In this document: piece after piece, positions 11,054-20,500 of the stretch
How the letters are laid out: the number at the start of each line of letters is the position of its first letter
Numbering within the stretch: position 1 is the first letter of the stretch
Assembly (NCBI GenBank): GCA_947479535.1
Contig: CANJZQ010000005.1
Location: 32,401 to 96,400 of the forward strand
Reading direction: 5' to 3'
From: Oligoflexales bacterium
Lineage (GTDB): Bacteria; Bdellovibrionota_B; Oligoflexia; Oligoflexales; RGVZ01
Length of the DNA stretch: 64,000 nucleotides
Made by a program: the position numbers and the translations under genes
The notes under the pieces: model-generated
Told to the model about the DNA's origin: nothing
Databases searched by the model: none
What the model saw: the letters and a program-made list of their open reading frames with translations, nothing else

Positions 11054-11572
11054 ATGGAAGAAAAATGGATGTCGATAAACGACTATTCTAGGTCATTTTC
11101 CATTTCTGATATGACCGTCCGGCGGCGCATCAGAACCGGTAAACTTCAAGCCGTGCTCCGGGACGGAAAATATTTTATTCATGTGCCTGATGGGCACGTG
11201 GCGTTTTCAGAAAACGACGGTGTGGCAAATGCAATGGTGGCATCGCCTGCCGTTGCCCAAGGTAAGCCAAGGCAGCAAGGCGCGTCGCACGCGGGATCAA
11301 CGCAAACTGATTTTCGCCATGTTCCACCACAACTTGCGGCTGCCATTGGTTCGCGCGACACCGTGAACGTGGCAAGTGCAGACTTGCTGGCTTTTTGTGA
11401 ATCAGCACTGCGCAGGTTTGCTGACTTTGAGCGCCGGATTGTCGCCGAAAACCAAAGCAAGCTTCAAATGTTTCAGCAAGACGTCAATTTGAAAAATATT
11501 GAGTTAAAACAACTCAGGCAGCAGGTTGAGGACCTTCAGGTTCTCGTCAACCTGATGGAAAGCCGCCGCTGA
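11054..11572 (+). CDS. MerR/excisionase-like HTH protein with C-terminal coiled coil
   Basis: WMSINDYSRSFSISDMTVRRRIRTGKL N-terminus, heptad-rich C-terminus, GGAGG RBS. Confidence 0.7.
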   Translation: MEEKWMSINDYSRSFSISDMTVRRRIRTGKLQAVLRDGKYFIHVPDGHVAFSENDGVANAMVASPAVAQGKPRQQGASHAGSTQTDFRHVPPQLAAAIGSRDTVNVASADLLAFCESALRRFADFERRIVAENQSKLQMFQQDVNLKNIELKQLRQQVEDLQVLVNLMESRR

Positions 11573-11587
11573 AATCCGCCACTTGTT

Positions 11588-12739
11588 TCAATCATGGAAA
11601 AAGAGAAGGGTGCTGTCGCCGTAACTGAACAGGCGGTAGTACTTCTGAATGGCAGTGGCATACATGGCTTTGGCGTTCCCAAGGCCAATAAGGGCCGAGA
11701 TAAGCATAAAAAGAGTCGATTTTGGCTGATGAAAGTTGGTCAGGATCGCATCGGCCACAAGCGGATGAAAGCGTTCTTCCGCAGTGCGTGGATGAATGAA
11801 CAGGCTCGTCTCGTGCCACTGGCCAGCCAACTCTTCCGGTGAAATTCCACGCTCGGAAGACATCTTCCAGAGGCTCTCAAGAGCGCGAAATGAAGTAGTG
11901 CCCACGCAGCAAATGGACATTCCAGATTTTTTGGCCGAAAGGACAGCGGACACGGTTTCTGCTGGCACCATGAAAAACTCTGTATGGATCGGATGCTTTT
12001 CGACTTCTTCTTGTCGCACCGGGAGGAATGTTCCTCCCCCAACATGAAGTGTCACCGGCACTTGGCGGATACCTGATTTGGAAAGGTCTTCCAGGACCGA
12101 CTTGGTGAAATGAAGTCCCGCCGTAGGGGCCGCCACAGAACCCTTGACCTTGGCGAAGACCGTCTCGTAACGGGCTCGGTCCCCAGGGTCCCGACGGTGT
12201 AGATCATCGCGGCGAATGTAGGGTGGTAGAGGTGTTTCTCCTATCTGCTCGAGCCAGGAAAAAAAATCAAAATGCGCAAAGGTTGAATCAGCCGTGAATT
12301 CAATCTCAATGCAAGGCACCTCCCCCTCGGGGGCGTCCTCAATTTTTTTTATAATACCTTTTACCAAATGGCCTTTCGGGACTGACGAATCTTTCTTCTC
12401 GCCTGAGAAAAGGATAACCGTACCGGCGTGCAGCTTCCGAAGCGGTTTCGCCATTGCACGCCACGTGAGGCCGGTTACTTGTTCAAGCAAGAAAATTTCG
12501 ACCCGCGCACCGGTTGGTAAAAACCCATGAAGCCGGCTTTGAAGGACGCTGGTATCATTTAGGATCAGCAACGTCTTTTCAGGGAGGCACCTCGGCAGAT
12601 CCTTGAATATGCGATGACCGATGGTGCCGTCGGCGCTTCGCACGAGCAAGCGGGATTCATCACGAACGTCTGCTGGCTTTTGAGCAACAAGTTCAGGTGG
12701 GTAATCATAGTCAAAATCTGCGAGCTTCAAAGGAATCAT
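11588..12739 (-). CDS. queA: S-adenosylmethionine:tRNA ribosyltransferase-isomerase
   Basis: DFDYDYPPELVAQ, PLPPYI, GSVAAPTAGLHFT, TNFHQPKS and YRLFSYGD motifs. Confidence 0.95.
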   Translation of the reverse strand: MIPLKLADFDYDYPPELVAQKPADVRDESRLLVRSADGTIGHRIFKDLPRCLPEKTLLILNDTSVLQSRLHGFLPTGARVEIFLLEQVTGLTWRAMAKPLRKLHAGTVILFSGEKKDSSVPKGHLVKGIIKKIEDAPEGEVPCIEIEFTADSTFAHFDFFSWLEQIGETPLPPYIRRDDLHRRDPGDRARYETVFAKVKGSVAAPTAGLHFTKSVLEDLSKSGIRQVPVTLHVGGGTFLPVRQEEVEKHPIHTEFFMVPAETVSAVLSAKKSGMSICCVGTTSFRALESLWKMSSERGISPEELAGQWHETSLFIHPRTAEERFHPLVADAILTNFHQPKSTLFMLISALIGLGNAKAMYATAIQKYYRLFSYGDSTLLFFHD

Positions 12740-12751
12740 GGTCGATTGCAA

Positions 12752-14179
12752 ATGAAAGTCCTTTTTTTATCTGTTGGGCCACGGTCATTATATCGTATCG
12801 CACTTTGCTGCGCGGTACTTTTGGATGCGGGCCCAGCGTCTGGAGATTGTCCGTCGGCCATCTATGCCGAGGCTGCCGGTTTCTTGCGTCCACCGCTCGT
12901 TAAAGAACGCATTTTCGCGATTTCGCGGACCACAGCAGGCTGGACCAGCGTTCCACACGATGTCATTGCCCTCAGGTCAGGCGCGCCCTCCCCCTCGTCA
13001 GTGAATCCATTTTTCCCCCAACCCCTTTCGGCGCGCCAGTTCATGGCCGATTTCCAGAACCGGTGGTGGGGGCGACCGTTGTTTTCCAGGCAGGATATTA
13101 TCGTGACCCCCGCGTTTGAAGGGGGGTTAAAGGTTTCTCCCCATGAGCTGCGGGCCTTTTCGGTGCGGGCGGGATGCGCTGGCGGACGTTTGTGGGAGTT
13201 GGACCAATCCTCGGTGGCAGTCAGCGGCGCAACGTCTAAACAGTTTCTATACCTGATGGGGTGCCAGAGAGCACCCGATGGACTCTCGAAATCGTCCGAT
13301 AATAATGTGCCTGCTGTGATGTTCGATGCCAAGGCGCTGAAGATTGAAAGCCCCGGCTTCCGTTATCAGATGAACCGCGGCAATCAAATGCTTTTTGACC
13401 GGCTCGAGGCATCTGCCGTAAACGGCCCGATGGAAGTTTTTTTGGAGGATGGAAACTTCGACATCAGGGCGGATTTCAAAAATTTTTTTTCGATGCACTT
13501 CACCTCCGGAAATGTCGGATCCAAGATTGTCGGCAGTCGCAATGGTACGGCTTCGGCTCTGGCCCGACTTAATTTTGAGTTGAATGTGCTGTTTTTACAG
13601 TTGGATCTTCAGTTGAACACAGACCTTCTTTTTTTTCGTGACTCCGTTTTTTTACCGATGATCATGAAGATTCCCCGGGACGCATGGAAATACGTTCATC
13701 CCGGATCGGGTGTCCTCTACAGCTGGTTTCCTGCTCCCGGGACAAAGGCCGTCGAAGGCTGGATCGACATGCCGCGCCGCACGATCTTCAAATCAAAGGA
13801 TGATGTAAAAGCCAGATCACGTGAGGTGATGGCAAGGCACTGCCAGTCTGACGGGATTTGCCGTTTCAGGGCAGCCGTCGGTCGCGGGCCGGACAACCGG
13901 ATTGTTGTGATGGAGTTGATTGTTCCCCAAAGCCAGGTCCAGGGCGGTTTCTTTCCACAATATGTTTCTGACGCCGTCTCCGAGGTCGGCGAACTTGGAT
14001 GGAGTTGGACTGGGTCAAAATCAAAGAGGCGGCGTGAGGGACTTTATTTCGAGTTGTCGCAATTGGCGAAGGGCGAACACGGTTTTGACATCTGGTTGCG
14101 CTTGATGCCTGGTGACGGCAATCCGAAATCTGCAAGTTTTTGCCCACCGGGGACCGCGGTGCAGGAGATCCGTCACTAA
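12752..14179 (+). CDS. Hypothetical exported protein
   Basis: Long ORF with signal-like N-terminus and several Cys; no family recognised. Start uncertain. Confidence 0.6.
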   Translation: MKVLFLSVGPRSLYRIALCCAVLLDAGPASGDCPSAIYAEAAGFLRPPLVKERIFAISRTTAGWTSVPHDVIALRSGAPSPSSVNPFFPQPLSARQFMADFQNRWWGRPLFSRQDIIVTPAFEGGLKVSPHELRAFSVRAGCAGGRLWELDQSSVAVSGATSKQFLYLMGCQRAPDGLSKSSDNNVPAVMFDAKALKIESPGFRYQMNRGNQMLFDRLEASAVNGPMEVFLEDGNFDIRADFKNFFSMHFTSGNVGSKIVGSRNGTASALARLNFELNVLFLQLDLQLNTDLLFFRDSVFLPMIMKIPRDAWKYVHPGSGVLYSWFPAPGTKAVEGWIDMPRRTIFKSKDDVKARSREVMARHCQSDGICRFRAAVGRGPDNRIVVMELIVPQSQVQGGFFPQYVSDAVSEVGELGWSWTGSKSKRRREGLYFELSQLAKGEHGFDIWLRLMPGDGNPKSASFCPPGTAVQEIRH

Positions 14180-15327
14180 ATCGAAGACGAATCACTTCGC
14201 TTAAAATTGCGTTTGTCGTGATCGCTGTAAAAGCGGGTTGCATTGCCGCCGGTTGTCGTTCTCGCTTCATGGAAGGGATAGCGGATCAATGCCTCCAAGC
14301 CAGGCCGGAATTGATTCCAGTAGGAATCCATTTTTTCTGGTTTGGTTGTTTCAAGCTCAAGGGTGATGGTGGGAATGCTACGTTCATTGCCAGCATAGTT
14401 CCCCAGGGATCCCGGGTAAAAAGAGTAGTCAACAATCCGGTAATTTCGTGAACTTTCAGATATGTCGCGAACCAGTTTTTTCGCCTTGGCTTCGCTGTTG
14501 GTCAGGGCGCGCGGCAATTGATCGCCAGGGCCATCATAGTCAAGAAAGCCAAGTGGTGCATGGATCGATAAAATTTTGTCCGGATCAAACTCGTCGATCA
14601 ATTGGATTTGAAATACGGTTTCAATTTCTGAATTCGGAAAGTGCCCGGGAAAATGGCTCAGGCTTTTTTGGCGCCGTTCTTCCCACCAGTGTTTGGCCCT
14701 TGGATACCAGTCGGTGGTGAAGAAGTTTCGGTTTAGATCAACTCCAAGACGGTTGGTTCTAGTCGGCATTGCATTTGGATTGCCCTTGATCCTTAGGAAA
14801 CCGTCAGGATTCACGAGGGGCGCAATGACGACGTGAATTCCCAGTTTTTCGTAAAGTTCTGGTTTTTCTTGCAGCAGCCGCGCAAACCGGAAGGCAATGG
14901 GGATCGGTGTCAGTTCGTCGGGGTGGACTCCGCCAAGCAACAAGGTGGTCTCTTCACCTGCGCCAAATTCAGCATAGATCAGAGGCCTGCCGTCGTTTGA
15001 TTTCAATCCGGCTTTCCAGGCAACCGATCCGCAAGGGTCTTTTTCCCAGCGAAAGCGCTTGAAGGCTTCGCCCAGTTCGGCGCACATCCGCGTGATTTCG
15101 CTTTTTCCGGCTTGCGCGTCAAAAATAAAGTTTTTTAGCTGACGTGCATTGATGATCGGAATCGGCGCAAAGCCAATTCCAAGGGGTAGATCGACGGGAT
15201 TTGATTCAAGGGTAGACGCTTGCGCTTTTAACGGGAGCGCGATCTGGCTCACGACAAGGGCGCTCAAGAGGGCGAGCGAAAAACTCCTTGCCCGTTTTCT
15301 CAAAGCAGTGGCCGCAGTAGATGGCAT
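14176..15327 (-). CDS. M14 zinc carboxypeptidase, murein peptide amidase A (MpaA)-like, exported
   Basis: GGVHPDE, NPDG, GVDLNRNF, SIH, YPGSLGNYAG and TLELE motifs; signal peptide. Confidence 0.85.
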   Translation of the reverse strand: MPSTAATALRKRARSFSLALLSALVVSQIALPLKAQASTLESNPVDLPLGIGFAPIPIINARQLKNFIFDAQAGKSEITRMCAELGEAFKRFRWEKDPCGSVAWKAGLKSNDGRPLIYAEFGAGEETTLLLGGVHPDELTPIPIAFRFARLLQEKPELYEKLGIHVVIAPLVNPDGFLRIKGNPNAMPTRTNRLGVDLNRNFFTTDWYPRAKHWWEERRQKSLSHFPGHFPNSEIETVFQIQLIDEFDPDKILSIHAPLGFLDYDGPGDQLPRALTNSEAKAKKLVRDISESSRNYRIVDYSFYPGSLGNYAGNERSIPTITLELETTKPEKMDSYWNQFRPGLEALIRYPFHEARTTTGGNATRFYSDHDKRNFKRSDSSSI

Positions 15328-15835
15328 GCCGCAATTTTTCCCTTACATACCAGCGGTTTTGACAGTTAGGACAACTGTAAATGTATTTCGCTTCTGGCGC
15401 CAGCCTTCTGTGGATATGGACCGCCTGGTCTACCGGAAGCCCCGTCGCCCGAAACTCATTCATTTTCACATAAAACCTGCGCGTATGCCCAGGATCCAAA
15501 AGGCAATCGTAGAGCCAGACGTGAATCAATTCATGAAAGAGCGTGTAGGGAAGAAGTCGTGGATCCCTGGAGAAATAGTTCAGGTTGAGTTTTATCTTTC
15601 GTTCAAAAAGGTACGCCAGGCCAAGTTTTTGCTTCATCCTTGAATTAAAATCGATTTGCACGCCAGGTAGAAGACAGCCCTCCGGTTGATTCCGGAAAAA
15701 TGGCATGAAACGGACATAGTAATCATAGGCCAAGGCTTCCAGCGAAGGGCGGTCGATCGTCCTTTCGCCGCACGCTGTATCCAACATGGGGTGAAACCAC
15801 TGGGGCTTCACCCTTTGTACGATTTCCGTGTCCAT
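15206..15835 (-). CDS. SprT-like zinc metalloprotease with Zn ribbon
   Basis: TLFHELIH...GH motif followed by YSCPNC and YCGHC. Confidence 0.85.
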   Translation of the reverse strand: MDTEIVQRVKPQWFHPMLDTACGERTIDRPSLEALAYDYYVRFMPFFRNQPEGCLLPGVQIDFNSRMKQKLGLAYLFERKIKLNLNYFSRDPRLLPYTLFHELIHVWLYDCLLDPGHTRRFYVKMNEFRATGLPVDQAVHIHRRLAPEAKYIYSCPNCQNRWYVREKLRHAIYCGHCFEKTGKEFFARPLERPCREPDRAPVKSASVYP

Positions 15836-15887
15836 CTTCGTGACTCGAAAAAAACAGGTTTGGAATTGCTTGAGCCAAGCAAGCCTA

Positions 15888-18137
15888 TCACGAGGGCAGG
15901 AAAATTGGCTGACCAAAATGGAGGCCGTCCCAGGCCGGCTGATTGGCGCAGCCAAGGGGTCTTATCTCAATCCCAGACGGTAAATTTTGACCTTGAAGTT
16001 CAGAAGGCAATGTCAGCAATTTTATTTGGGGCCACGCCTTGCGCCAGCTTGCGAGGATGTCGTTCACGGGTGTGCCTGCCGGGATGGGACAAACCCTGAT
16101 TTGTGGACCAAATGTGGCGGGCTCTGCATCGAGGGCAACCTGCACAACCGGCATCCCGCGCCCTGGCCAACGCAGCATTTTTTGACCGAGGCTGCGCAAC
16201 AGCAGGCCGGCCTGGTGGCGCTCAGGCAAGGCTTCGCCCCAGGCAAACCACCACTGTTTTCGCAGAACCTCCTGAACCTCATCGGCCAGACGCGCGGCGC
16301 TTGAGTCGGGTGGAACAAGGATCCCCAACAAGCGGCTAGACATGCAGCCTTGCTGCATCAAAGAAAAGGTATCTCGCAAAATTTCTGGCAGGTTTATTTC
16401 CAAATTCTGCAGGTCGATCATGCTGACGGCAACGGCCTCGCCATGCCCGATGACTCGGGTCGATTCTGGTACAGAGGCGCGAATGGCCTCGATGGTGGCG
16501 TCGTCTCCAAATGCCATGACGGCATCCCAAACACGATTTTGCGCGGGTATTTTCTGAAATTCCGTTGTCGTGAATTCCGTTTTATGGAAACGAAATTCCG
16601 GGGGCAGCAGTTCAATGTGGACTCCGGCCCCCAAGAGACGAGCGACCAATCTGCAAATGAATGATCCAGGATGGCTTTGTCCGCGGTTTAGACGGATTGA
16701 AACGTCACATCCCGACGCAAGGGCAATGGTCATCGGGTAAACAACCGCCAGGGGATGGCTGTTAGGCGGAATGATGAGAAGGCTTTTGCCAATGGAGCCG
16801 ATGCCAGAAGTGGCCAAGCAACTCATCCAGGCATCTTGATTGTGCAAAACCCTGGTGATGCTCACGAGGAGGTCTTCCAGGGCGAGTTTCGCGGCTTTGC
16901 GTGATTCGGTGGCTTGCACCATCGCGTCGAAAGCCTCGTGGCTTTTGATAAACGCCTCGACTGCGCCAAGCACAAGACTGTTGCCGGGCTGCCTTGAGGA
17001 ATTGGCGGCTCGCGCAGAAATCTTCACGGGGCGCGGAGTGTTTTCGGTGCCTTCGTGGAGTACTTCTGCCAACAAGGAACAACCCTTGAGCGGAGCGGTG
17101 TGGGCACGGCCAAGGAGTTCAAAGGAGCCGTCCGCCGCCAATCGCACGACATCTTCAGTGACGATCGGGGCCGGGATGTCGACACGGTTGAAATCAAAGA
17201 CGCCAAGCAAGCCAGTTCCACTTCGCGAAGCCGTCATGACCAGGGAGTCGCTGGAATCAGGACCGGGAGGGTTGCCGGCCAGGCGTTGCTTCAGACCGTC
17301 GACAACAAAGGGGATGACGTTTTTCTGAAATCGCAGAACGCCGCGCTCGGGAGCCTGCACCGTATAGGCCGCTGATGCCAGTTCACTCATCCCGTATTCC
17401 GAGATGATGTGGGAGCGAGGAATCCGAAAACCCCTTTCCAGCGAATCAATCAGCCAGGCTTCACTGACCTCTCGAACCTTGCCTTTGGTTCCACCCGTAT
17501 AGAAAGCCAGGCTGCCCCGCGGCAAAACCGGCAAAAGACGGCGGTCGATCAAGGGAATAAAGTGAAATGAAGTCCCAAAAATCCAAACCGGCGAGTCCGA
17601 TTCTTTTAACAAATTACCGAAATCATTTAGGAAATTCGGTTCCTCGCGAAGCCCGCCGGGAACCTTCAGATAGGCCACCGGCATGGTTTGGCCGAGCCAC
17701 TCCACCATTGCAGCAAGGCTGCTTTCGGGCCAGTCTGCCGTTGGCGGAATCAGGCTGATCCCTCTCGCCTTCGGGTCGGCTCCACGGGATTTGAGAACTT
17801 GGGCAAATCCATCGGTGATTGCCGATTGATAGGCCGCCAAACCCGCCTCCGAAAAACTTGACAAGGATCTTCCCTGGGCGCTGGTGCCGCTGGAACGGAA
17901 AATCCGTGCCCCTTCGAAGCTCCCCTGGGCAACGGAGGATACATCTAAGGCTCTGAAAGAGTTGATGTTTATCGCATGGAAAGGGGTGGATTCCCCGTCC
18001 AATTCGAGCCTTGGGAAGAGGCTTGCTGCCCCACCCTCCACGTGGCCCTTCGCATGGGCCAGCAATCGGCGGAGGGCAACATCATGGCGTGCAATAAATT
18101 CCGCAGGGAGATAAAGTTTGTCGATGTCGTTTATCAA
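15888..18137 (-). CDS. LuxE-like acyl-protein synthetase fused to LuxC-like acyl-CoA reductase
   Basis: N-half: FRSSGTS, TGGTKG, SEYGMSEL, TEDV, LLGR and KGCS. C-half: AFGDDATIEAIR, GHG and QQGCMSSR. Start placed at TTG 18137 to avoid overlap with scpA (uncertain). Confidence 0.75.
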   Translation of the reverse strand: MINDIDKLYLPAEFIARHDVALRRLLAHAKGHVEGGAASLFPRLELDGESTPFHAININSFRALDVSSVAQGSFEGARIFRSSGTSAQGRSLSSFSEAGLAAYQSAITDGFAQVLKSRGADPKARGISLIPPTADWPESSLAAMVEWLGQTMPVAYLKVPGGLREEPNFLNDFGNLLKESDSPVWIFGTSFHFIPLIDRRLLPVLPRGSLAFYTGGTKGKVREVSEAWLIDSLERGFRIPRSHIISEYGMSELASAAYTVQAPERGVLRFQKNVIPFVVDGLKQRLAGNPPGPDSSDSLVMTASRSGTGLLGVFDFNRVDIPAPIVTEDVVRLAADGSFELLGRAHTAPLKGCSLLAEVLHEGTENTPRPVKISARAANSSRQPGNSLVLGAVEAFIKSHEAFDAMVQATESRKAAKLALEDLLVSITRVLHNQDAWMSCLATSGIGSIGKSLLIIPPNSHPLAVVYPMTIALASGCDVSIRLNRGQSHPGSFICRLVARLLGAGVHIELLPPEFRFHKTEFTTTEFQKIPAQNRVWDAVMAFGDDATIEAIRASVPESTRVIGHGEAVAVSMIDLQNLEINLPEILRDTFSLMQQGCMSSRLLGILVPPDSSAARLADEVQEVLRKQWWFAWGEALPERHQAGLLLRSLGQKMLRWPGRGMPVVQVALDAEPATFGPQIRVCPIPAGTPVNDILASWRKAWPQIKLLTLPSELQGQNLPSGIEIRPLGCANQPAWDGLHFGQPIFLPS

Positions 18138-18158
18138 GGTTATAAAAGCCGGATAATC

Positions 18159-18950
18159 ATGAGCAGTGAATACTTTATCAAACTCGATCACTTCGAAGGT
18201 CCTTTGGACCTTCTGCTGCACCTTATTCGCGTGCACGAGATCGATATTTTTGACATCGACATTTTCAAACTTTCGACCGAGTACGTCGGCTACCTTCGCC
18301 TGATGAAATTTGATGACCTTTCCGATGCGGGTGCCTTCATTGAGATGGCGGCGACCCTGATCGAAATCAAGTCCCGGATGCTTCTACCCCAGGACGAGCG
18401 CAAGGTCACCAACGAGGACGGTGAGGAAGAAGATCCTGTTCTGGCCCTGCAGCAGCGCCTGATTCAGTACGAGGCCATTCGAAAAGCCGCGGCGGCTTTG
18501 GCCCTGCTGCCTCAGGTTGGTGTAGAAATTCAGACCAACTGGGAATGGCAACGCTTGGAAGAGGTTTTCAAGGACGTGGAGGCTCCGCTTAAGGGCGACC
18601 CCGCCATGCTGGTCGTCATGTACGAACAGATGCTGCAGTCTCTTGGCGATCGCAAAGTCACGCGGGTTGAAGCGCAGCGTCACATGGTAAGCCTTGAAGA
18701 AACCATCGCCCGCATGTCGGCTGATGTTGATGTTTTGCGTTTCGCCTTGTTTCAGGGTTTTTACAACCGGTTTGAATCGCGCTACGAATTGGTCGTTCAC
18801 ATATTGGCCGTTCTTGAGCTGGCCCGGCAGTTTAAAATGAAGTTTTACCAGCAAGATCTGATGGGTCCGCTGTGGATTTACCAGCCGGATTGTGATGTGA
18901 CCGATCTGCCTTTTCATGAATCCAAAGAGCAAATGATGGTGGAAGCATGA
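18159..18950 (+). CDS. scpA: Segregation and condensation protein A
   Basis: FEGPLDLLLHLI, MAATLIEIKSRMLLP and LAVLEL motifs. Confidence 0.95.
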   Translation: MSSEYFIKLDHFEGPLDLLLHLIRVHEIDIFDIDIFKLSTEYVGYLRLMKFDDLSDAGAFIEMAATLIEIKSRMLLPQDERKVTNEDGEEEDPVLALQQRLIQYEAIRKAAAALALLPQVGVEIQTNWEWQRLEEVFKDVEAPLKGDPAMLVVMYEQMLQSLGDRKVTRVEAQRHMVSLEETIARMSADVDVLRFALFQGFYNRFESRYELVVHILAVLELARQFKMKFYQQDLMGPLWIYQPDCDVTDLPFHESKEQMMVEA

Positions 18951-19774
18951 ACGAAGAAGAAGTGTTGAATCAGGAAGTATTTCCAGAGGCTTCTCAGGAA
19001 GTTTTTCAGGAAGTTTCTGACGAGGAACTTGAGCAAATCAGCCTGCCCCTGGACGAGGGGTTGCGTTTGGATGCCAAGGTTGAGGCCGTGATTTTTGCAT
19101 CGCAAAAACCCCTCAAGACGATGGAGATTTTCGATTTGGTCCAAGGGGAAGCCGGGGGCCCGACAACGTTGAAAGACGTTCAAGAGTGCTTGTCCCAGCT
19201 GCTTGAATACTACCGGGACCGTGCCGGGGGCTTCACCCTGCGCTACACGAGGGGTATTGGCTACCAGTTCCAAACGGTGCCGGCGGCGGCCCCCATTTTG
19301 GAGCGTCAGTTTTCCCAGCGTCCCCGGCCGATCAGCCGGGCTGCCCTTGAAACTCTGGCCATCATTGCCTACCGGCAGCCAGTGACTCGCGCCGAAGTCG
19401 AATACATCCGCGGCGTCGATGCCGGCAGTATTGTGAAGAACCTGCTGGAACGAGACTTGATCGCCTGCACGGGCCGCAAGGAAATCGCCGGTCGCCCGAT
19501 GGTATTTAGTACCACCCAGGAGTTTTTGAAGGTATTCCAGCTTTCTCATGTGAAGGACCTGCCGACGCTTGAGTCCTTCCAGCCATCTCACGAAGCCCTG
19601 CAAAAGGCCTTGGAGAAACTGGAGCAAGGCGAACAACTAGTTGATGTCGAGGACTATATCGGTGACGAGCCAGGTAGCATCCAAATTGAAGCCGCAGACG
19701 AAAATGCGGATCCAGAAATTTCTTTCCCAGCAGGAGATCTGCTCCCGCCGGGAGGCGGAGAGGTGGATCTCTGA
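18947..19774 (+). CDS. scpB: Segregation and condensation protein B
   Basis: EAVIFAS, SRAALETLAIIAYRQPVTRAEVEYIRGV, GRP and TTQEFL motifs. Confidence 0.95.
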   Translation: MNEEEVLNQEVFPEASQEVFQEVSDEELEQISLPLDEGLRLDAKVEAVIFASQKPLKTMEIFDLVQGEAGGPTTLKDVQECLSQLLEYYRDRAGGFTLRYTRGIGYQFQTVPAAAPILERQFSQRPRPISRAALETLAIIAYRQPVTRAEVEYIRGVDAGSIVKNLLERDLIACTGRKEIAGRPMVFSTTQEFLKVFQLSHVKDLPTLESFQPSHEALQKALEKLEQGEQLVDVEDYIGDEPGSIQIEAADENADPEISFPAGDLLPPGGGEVDL

Positions 19775-20495
19775 GGGGCGCATTGAGGTTAATGGCAAGG
19801 TCGTGACCAGTGCGACCAGGATGTTCGATCCTGCAGCCGACCGGATTAAAGTTGACGGCAAGTCGGTCAAGATAACGTCTGTTCCCGCAAGTCCCGACGG
19901 CAGCCCAGAAATGCCCCTGGTCTACTGGTTGCTCCACAAACCAGCCGGCCTGGCTCTGGAAAAAAATGCTGCCACGGACACGATCTACCAACTGCCCCGC
20001 CTTGCGCGCCTTTCGTTCAAGGTAAAGGTCGCCAGCTCGCTTGGAAAAAATTCGGAAGGGCTTTGCCTTCTGACCAACGACGAAGAATTTGCGCAGGCTT
20101 TTCGCAATCTGGAAAACCTTGAGCAAACTTTGCTGATCATGACCGATCGTCGCCTTGAAGACGAAGAGATCGCTCAGCTGATGCCGGCAAAAACCATCGG
20201 CCGTCCCCTGATGAAAATGGAATACCGCCACAAGGCCAAACTGGGCGCGACCTATGGCTTTTGGTACTTCGTTCAAGGCAGCCTTTTCGGGATGAAGCGC
20301 AAGCTTGAAGCGGGGCTGAAACGCCTGAAAGTCAGTCCTCACAAGTTTATCCAGTTGTCCCTCGCCGGAGTCGAATTGCCGGAAGATTTGAAGCCCGGGG
20401 ACTACGTCCAGCTGCCAGCGGCAGACATCCGCCGGTTGAAAGCAATGACCCGCAAGAAATTACCCAAGGCACCAGGAAAACCGCGGAAGGGATAA
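19704..20495 (+). CDS. RsuA/RluB-family pseudouridine synthase homolog, probably catalytically inactive
   Basis: S4 domain (RIQKFL..CSRREAE) and HKPAG motif I. The GRLD motif is replaced by SSLG before NSEGLCLLTND. Confidence 0.8.
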   Translation: MRIQKFLSQQEICSRREAERWISEGRIEVNGKVVTSATRMFDPAADRIKVDGKSVKITSVPASPDGSPEMPLVYWLLHKPAGLALEKNAATDTIYQLPRLARLSFKVKVASSLGKNSEGLCLLTNDEEFAQAFRNLENLEQTLLIMTDRRLEDEEIAQLMPAKTIGRPLMKMEYRHKAKLGATYGFWYFVQGSLFGMKRKLEAGLKRLKVSPHKFIQLSLAGVELPEDLKPGDYVQLPAADIRRLKAMTRKKLPKAPGKPRKG

Positions 20496-20500
20496 TCACG

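Noticed and set aside
15888-18137. Bioluminescence operon
   Set aside because: No luxA, luxB, luxD or luxG in the window.
17976-18236. Long N-terminal overlap of scpA and luxEC ORFs in the ORF track
   Set aside because: ScpA homology begins at ATG 18159, so the extensions are probably ORF-caller artefacts.
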